DNA from: an uncultured Pirellula sp.
GTDB taxonomy: Bacteria; Planctomycetota; Planctomycetia; Pirellulales; Pirellulaceae
Assembly: GCA_903858115.1 (NCBI GenBank)
Contig: CAIOHR010000268.1
Location: 684 to 64,683, forward strand
Direction of reading: 5' to 3'
Length of the DNA: 64,000 nucleotides
Position numbers and translations under genes: made by a program. Below are positions 61,201-64,000 of this stretch, piece after piece; position 1 is the stretch's first letter; every line of letters begins with the position of its first letter. The notes under the pieces are model-generated. The model was not told the DNA's origin. It was given only the letters and a program-made list of their open reading frames with translations, and searched no databases.

Positions 61201-61415
61201 CCAAACGTGTCTTTGCCTAGTCGAAAACTCATCTTAGCAGTGGGTGGCCTGATTGTTTTGAACCTCGCAATGCGTTAGCATCAAGCCGAGCGTTAGGAAC
61301 GCAAAGTAGCCAAGAGAGTGACCTCTGCCCGATGAACGAGTTTTGTGAGGGATGCTTGTTCATTTATTCATCTATTGATCTCTCGAAGAATTGATCGAAA
61401 AAGGGAATTTGTACG

Positions 61416-62537
61416 ATGGCCGCATCCAAGAGCGCGAGCAAGAAGAAGTCCGACAAAAATTTACCGAGCGAGCCAAGCGGACTCGAGGTCCTCTACAAGC
61501 GAGAGCCAGGTCTGAAGAACGCTCTCCAACAAATCGAAAAGCAGTTCGGCGAAGGCTCGATCATGCCTTTGGGTGGCGAATCTCAACTGAAGATCGAAGG
61601 GATCAATACTGGGTCTCTGTCGCTAGACATGGCACTCGGGGGTGTCGGCATTCCACGCGGACGGATCATCGAGATCTTTGGCCCGGAATCGAGCGGTAAA
61701 ACGACTGTCTCCCTTCATATCTGCGCACAAGCTCAAAAGCTTGGTGGAATCGCTGCCATCATTGACGCTGAGCATGCGTTCGACCCAACCTGGGGTAAAA
61801 AGCTAGGAGTTCAGTTAGATACTTTGTTGGTCAGTCAGCCGAGCAGCGGTGAAGAAGCGATGCAGATCGCGGAGATGTTGATCAAGAGTAATTCGGTAGA
61901 CGTCATCGTTGTGGATTCCGTCGCTGCCTTGGTTCCTCGCCAAGAACTGGAAGGTGAAATCGGCGATACGCACGTTGGATTGCAAGCACGATTGATGAGT
62001 CAGTCGATGCGCAAGCTGACGGGAGCTATCGCAAAGAGCAAGACGGCTGTCATCTTCATCAACCAGATTCGCGAGAAGATCGGTGGAATGTCGTACGGTT
62101 CACCGGAAACGACTTCGGGTGGCCGTGCGCTCAAGTTCTATGCTTCTTGCCGAATCGACGTCCGCCGTATTGGCCAACTCAAAGATGGCGAAGAAGTCGT
62201 CGGACAACGGGTGAAGGCCAAAATCGTAAAGAACAAGGTTGCTCCTCCGTTTCGAGTTGCGGAGTTCGACATGATGCACAATTGCGGGATCAGCTACGAA
62301 GGTGACCTTCTCGATTTGGGAACGGCCCACAAGATCGTCAGCCGAAGCGGTGCGTGGTACAAGTATGGTGAAACCTATATCGGTCAAGGAAAAGAAAAGG
62401 CACGTAACTATCTCGTGGAGAACAAAGATGTTGCAGCAGAAATCCGGGATGCGATCCTAGCTTGCGGTGGCTACGCGGGCCCAGAAGGTAAGCCGGATGC
62501 CGGCGACGATACCGACGAAGGTACTGCAGACTCGTAG
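61416..62537 (+). CDS. recA: Recombinase RecA
   Basis: [45 protein letters not shown] motifs. Confidence 0.99.
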   Translation: MAASKSASKKKSDKNLPSEPSGLEVLYKREPGLKNALQQIEKQFGEGSIMPLGGESQLKIEGINTGSLSLDMALGGVGIPRGRIIEIFGPESSGKTTVSLHICAQAQKLGGIAAIIDAEHAFDPTWGKKLGVQLDTLLVSQPSSGEEAMQIAEMLIKSNSVDVIVVDSVAALVPRQELEGEIGDTHVGLQARLMSQSMRKLTGAIAKSKTAVIFINQIREKIGGMSYGSPETTSGGRALKFYASCRIDVRRIGQLKDGEEVVGQRVKAKIVKNKVAPPFRVAEFDMMHNCGISYEGDLLDLGTAHKIVSRSGAWYKYGETYIGQGKEKARNYLVENKDVAAEIRDAILACGGYAGPEGKPDAGDDTDEGTADS

Positions 62538-62817
62538 TCGGTTTTCCCGTTTACGAGTAACGATTGCTACTCGCGTGACGTTGCGTTTTGACTGTCAAGT
62601 AAAGCAATGAATCGAGCTGTTGTCGTCAACTGCTCGATTTTCGTTAGCAGATGGGTATTGTTCCACTGCCCCATGCCATTTACTGCGGTTATACGATTGA
62701 TGCAAGCAGCCCACCATGATCCAGCACTCGAACGCTTTACGAGGAGTATCTCAGACCGCCGTCTTTCAATTTGGGGAACTCTTGCTCAATCGACAGTTCG
62801 AATAACACGTGTGTCAT

Positions 62818-63876
62818 CTACCATGACAGTTCCCAAACACCAGCGGCCAACTGTTTGATTTCCGTCTTTACATGCAACGGTACATCTTTCTGCGCCAACA
62901 CTTCGTTACATGCTAGGATCACCTGAGCCTTTTCCATTTCCTCAATATTCTTCTTGGATTCCGATAGCCTGGCTTGCACATCGGACAGGACGTCGTCTTG
63001 AAGCCCGTATAGCTTGACCATATCTGGACTGCATACTATCAGGAGATCACTTCGAACTACAAGCAGATTCAACGCCTGCAGGACGGCGAAACGTTGCGGC
63101 AAGGTGAGTATTGCGTCCATTTCACGATCCAATTCCGCACGTGAAAAACTTATTCCTTGTACCATCTTACGCTGAACATCGTTGGCTTTGATGCGAAGTT
63201 GCTCGCGCTGTTCGCTCGAGAGCTCAAGCTTGTTTGATGGCATCGTTAAGTAGGGCGCTTGTGACATTTGCAAGGTTGGTGGCACCCACGAAGATATTTG
63301 TTGCAAATCTCCACCATTCTCATCAATGGAAAACTCTGTCCCAACGAATTTCCATAAAATGTCTTGCGCGTTCTGTGGCAGGGCCTTCTTGATTGCCGCG
63401 ATTCTCAATTTGTCCGAATTCTTGATGATTTTCCAATTCAATTCAGCGAAATCGTAGTAGATGCGCATAGCATCTTCTTCACCAACGAACTCCCGTAAGA
63501 AACTTGGCGAGAAGAGATTACCTGGTGTTCCGATCCTGGATTTCACAAGTTCGATTCGAATTTGCTTTGCCTGGTCAAGAGTCAATATCTTTTTGAGGAA
63601 GGTTCTTCCGTTTGCCTCATCGGAAGCTTCATCCCCAACGAATGAACTCTTGTCGCGCAAGTAATTTCGGACTTCGGTCAATTGTACGTCGGTTATAGAA
63701 ATCGCTTTCCTGATCTCCGCATCATTTGCAACCCACCGAAGAGCTCCTAGTCCATATGCAGCGGATAAAACACCGCTATCACCAAAGGTCATGGAATGGG
63801 AGCAAAGAACTAGTGAAAAAACGATCCAAAGCTGTCTATGATTGAAAAAACACATCAATAAAACTCCGGCCAACAT
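62818..63876 (-). CDS. Secreted helical hypothetical protein (LTxxQ-like repeats)
   Basis: Signal-like N-terminus; ITDVQ, ILTLDQ, LELSSEQ, ILTLPQ; start uncertain. Confidence 0.7.
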   Translation of the reverse strand: MLAGVLLMCFFNHRQLWIVFSLVLCSHSMTFGDSGVLSAAYGLGALRWVANDAEIRKAISITDVQLTEVRNYLRDKSSFVGDEASDEANGRTFLKKILTLDQAKQIRIELVKSRIGTPGNLFSPSFLREFVGEEDAMRIYYDFAELNWKIIKNSDKLRIAAIKKALPQNAQDILWKFVGTEFSIDENGGDLQQISSWVPPTLQMSQAPYLTMPSNKLELSSEQREQLRIKANDVQRKMVQGISFSRAELDREMDAILTLPQRFAVLQALNLLVVRSDLLIVCSPDMVKLYGLQDDVLSDVQARLSESKKNIEEMEKAQVILACNEVLAQKDVPLHVKTEIKQLAAGVWELSW

Positions 63877-64000
63877 TAGTTCAAGATCGTCGCCATTAAC
63901 AGAAATTCAAAAATCGACGTTCAAAACGGCTCGTTGCTCCAAGGAACACTCCCGAAGCATAATTCGTATTCGTACGCGTCCTGCCGCGTCAAGACATCTG

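Overview
Core-chromosome region of a planctomycete, probably Pirellulaceae-like (DUF1559 prepilin-type protein, secreted prenyltransferase-repeat proteins, SHD1 relic, Orf20-type pterin enzyme). About 45 CDS and one tRNA-Phe(GAA). Housekeeping and DNA-metabolism genes: deaD, family-4 UDG, der, a RluA-family synthase, panB, mutS, nth, comF-like, hppA, recA. Also present: an ABC-2 cluster, a c-di-GMP/two-component cluster, a pentaheme cytochrome/beta-propeller pair and a ~15 kb locus of uncharacterised secreted proteins. The ORF track labels der (15229..16863) as minus strand, but the sequence shows it on the plus strand. No CRISPR array, rRNA, intact transposase or intact integrase was seen. 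Best leads: (1) the secreted prenyltransferase-fold/LTxxQ/thioredoxin locus, ending in a DUF62 SAM hydrolase plus a stand-alone copy of its C-terminal domain; (2) an H-NOX-kinase-like soluble kinase with a degenerate HD regulator and an intact HD-GYP but no H-NOX gene; (3) a Ser/Thr kinase-TPR deletion relic whose kinase motif now supplies an RBS and ATG; (4) an eroded islet at tRNA-Phe; (5) nested REP/MITE-like palindromes. All family calls come from motif recognition by eye, with no database search.
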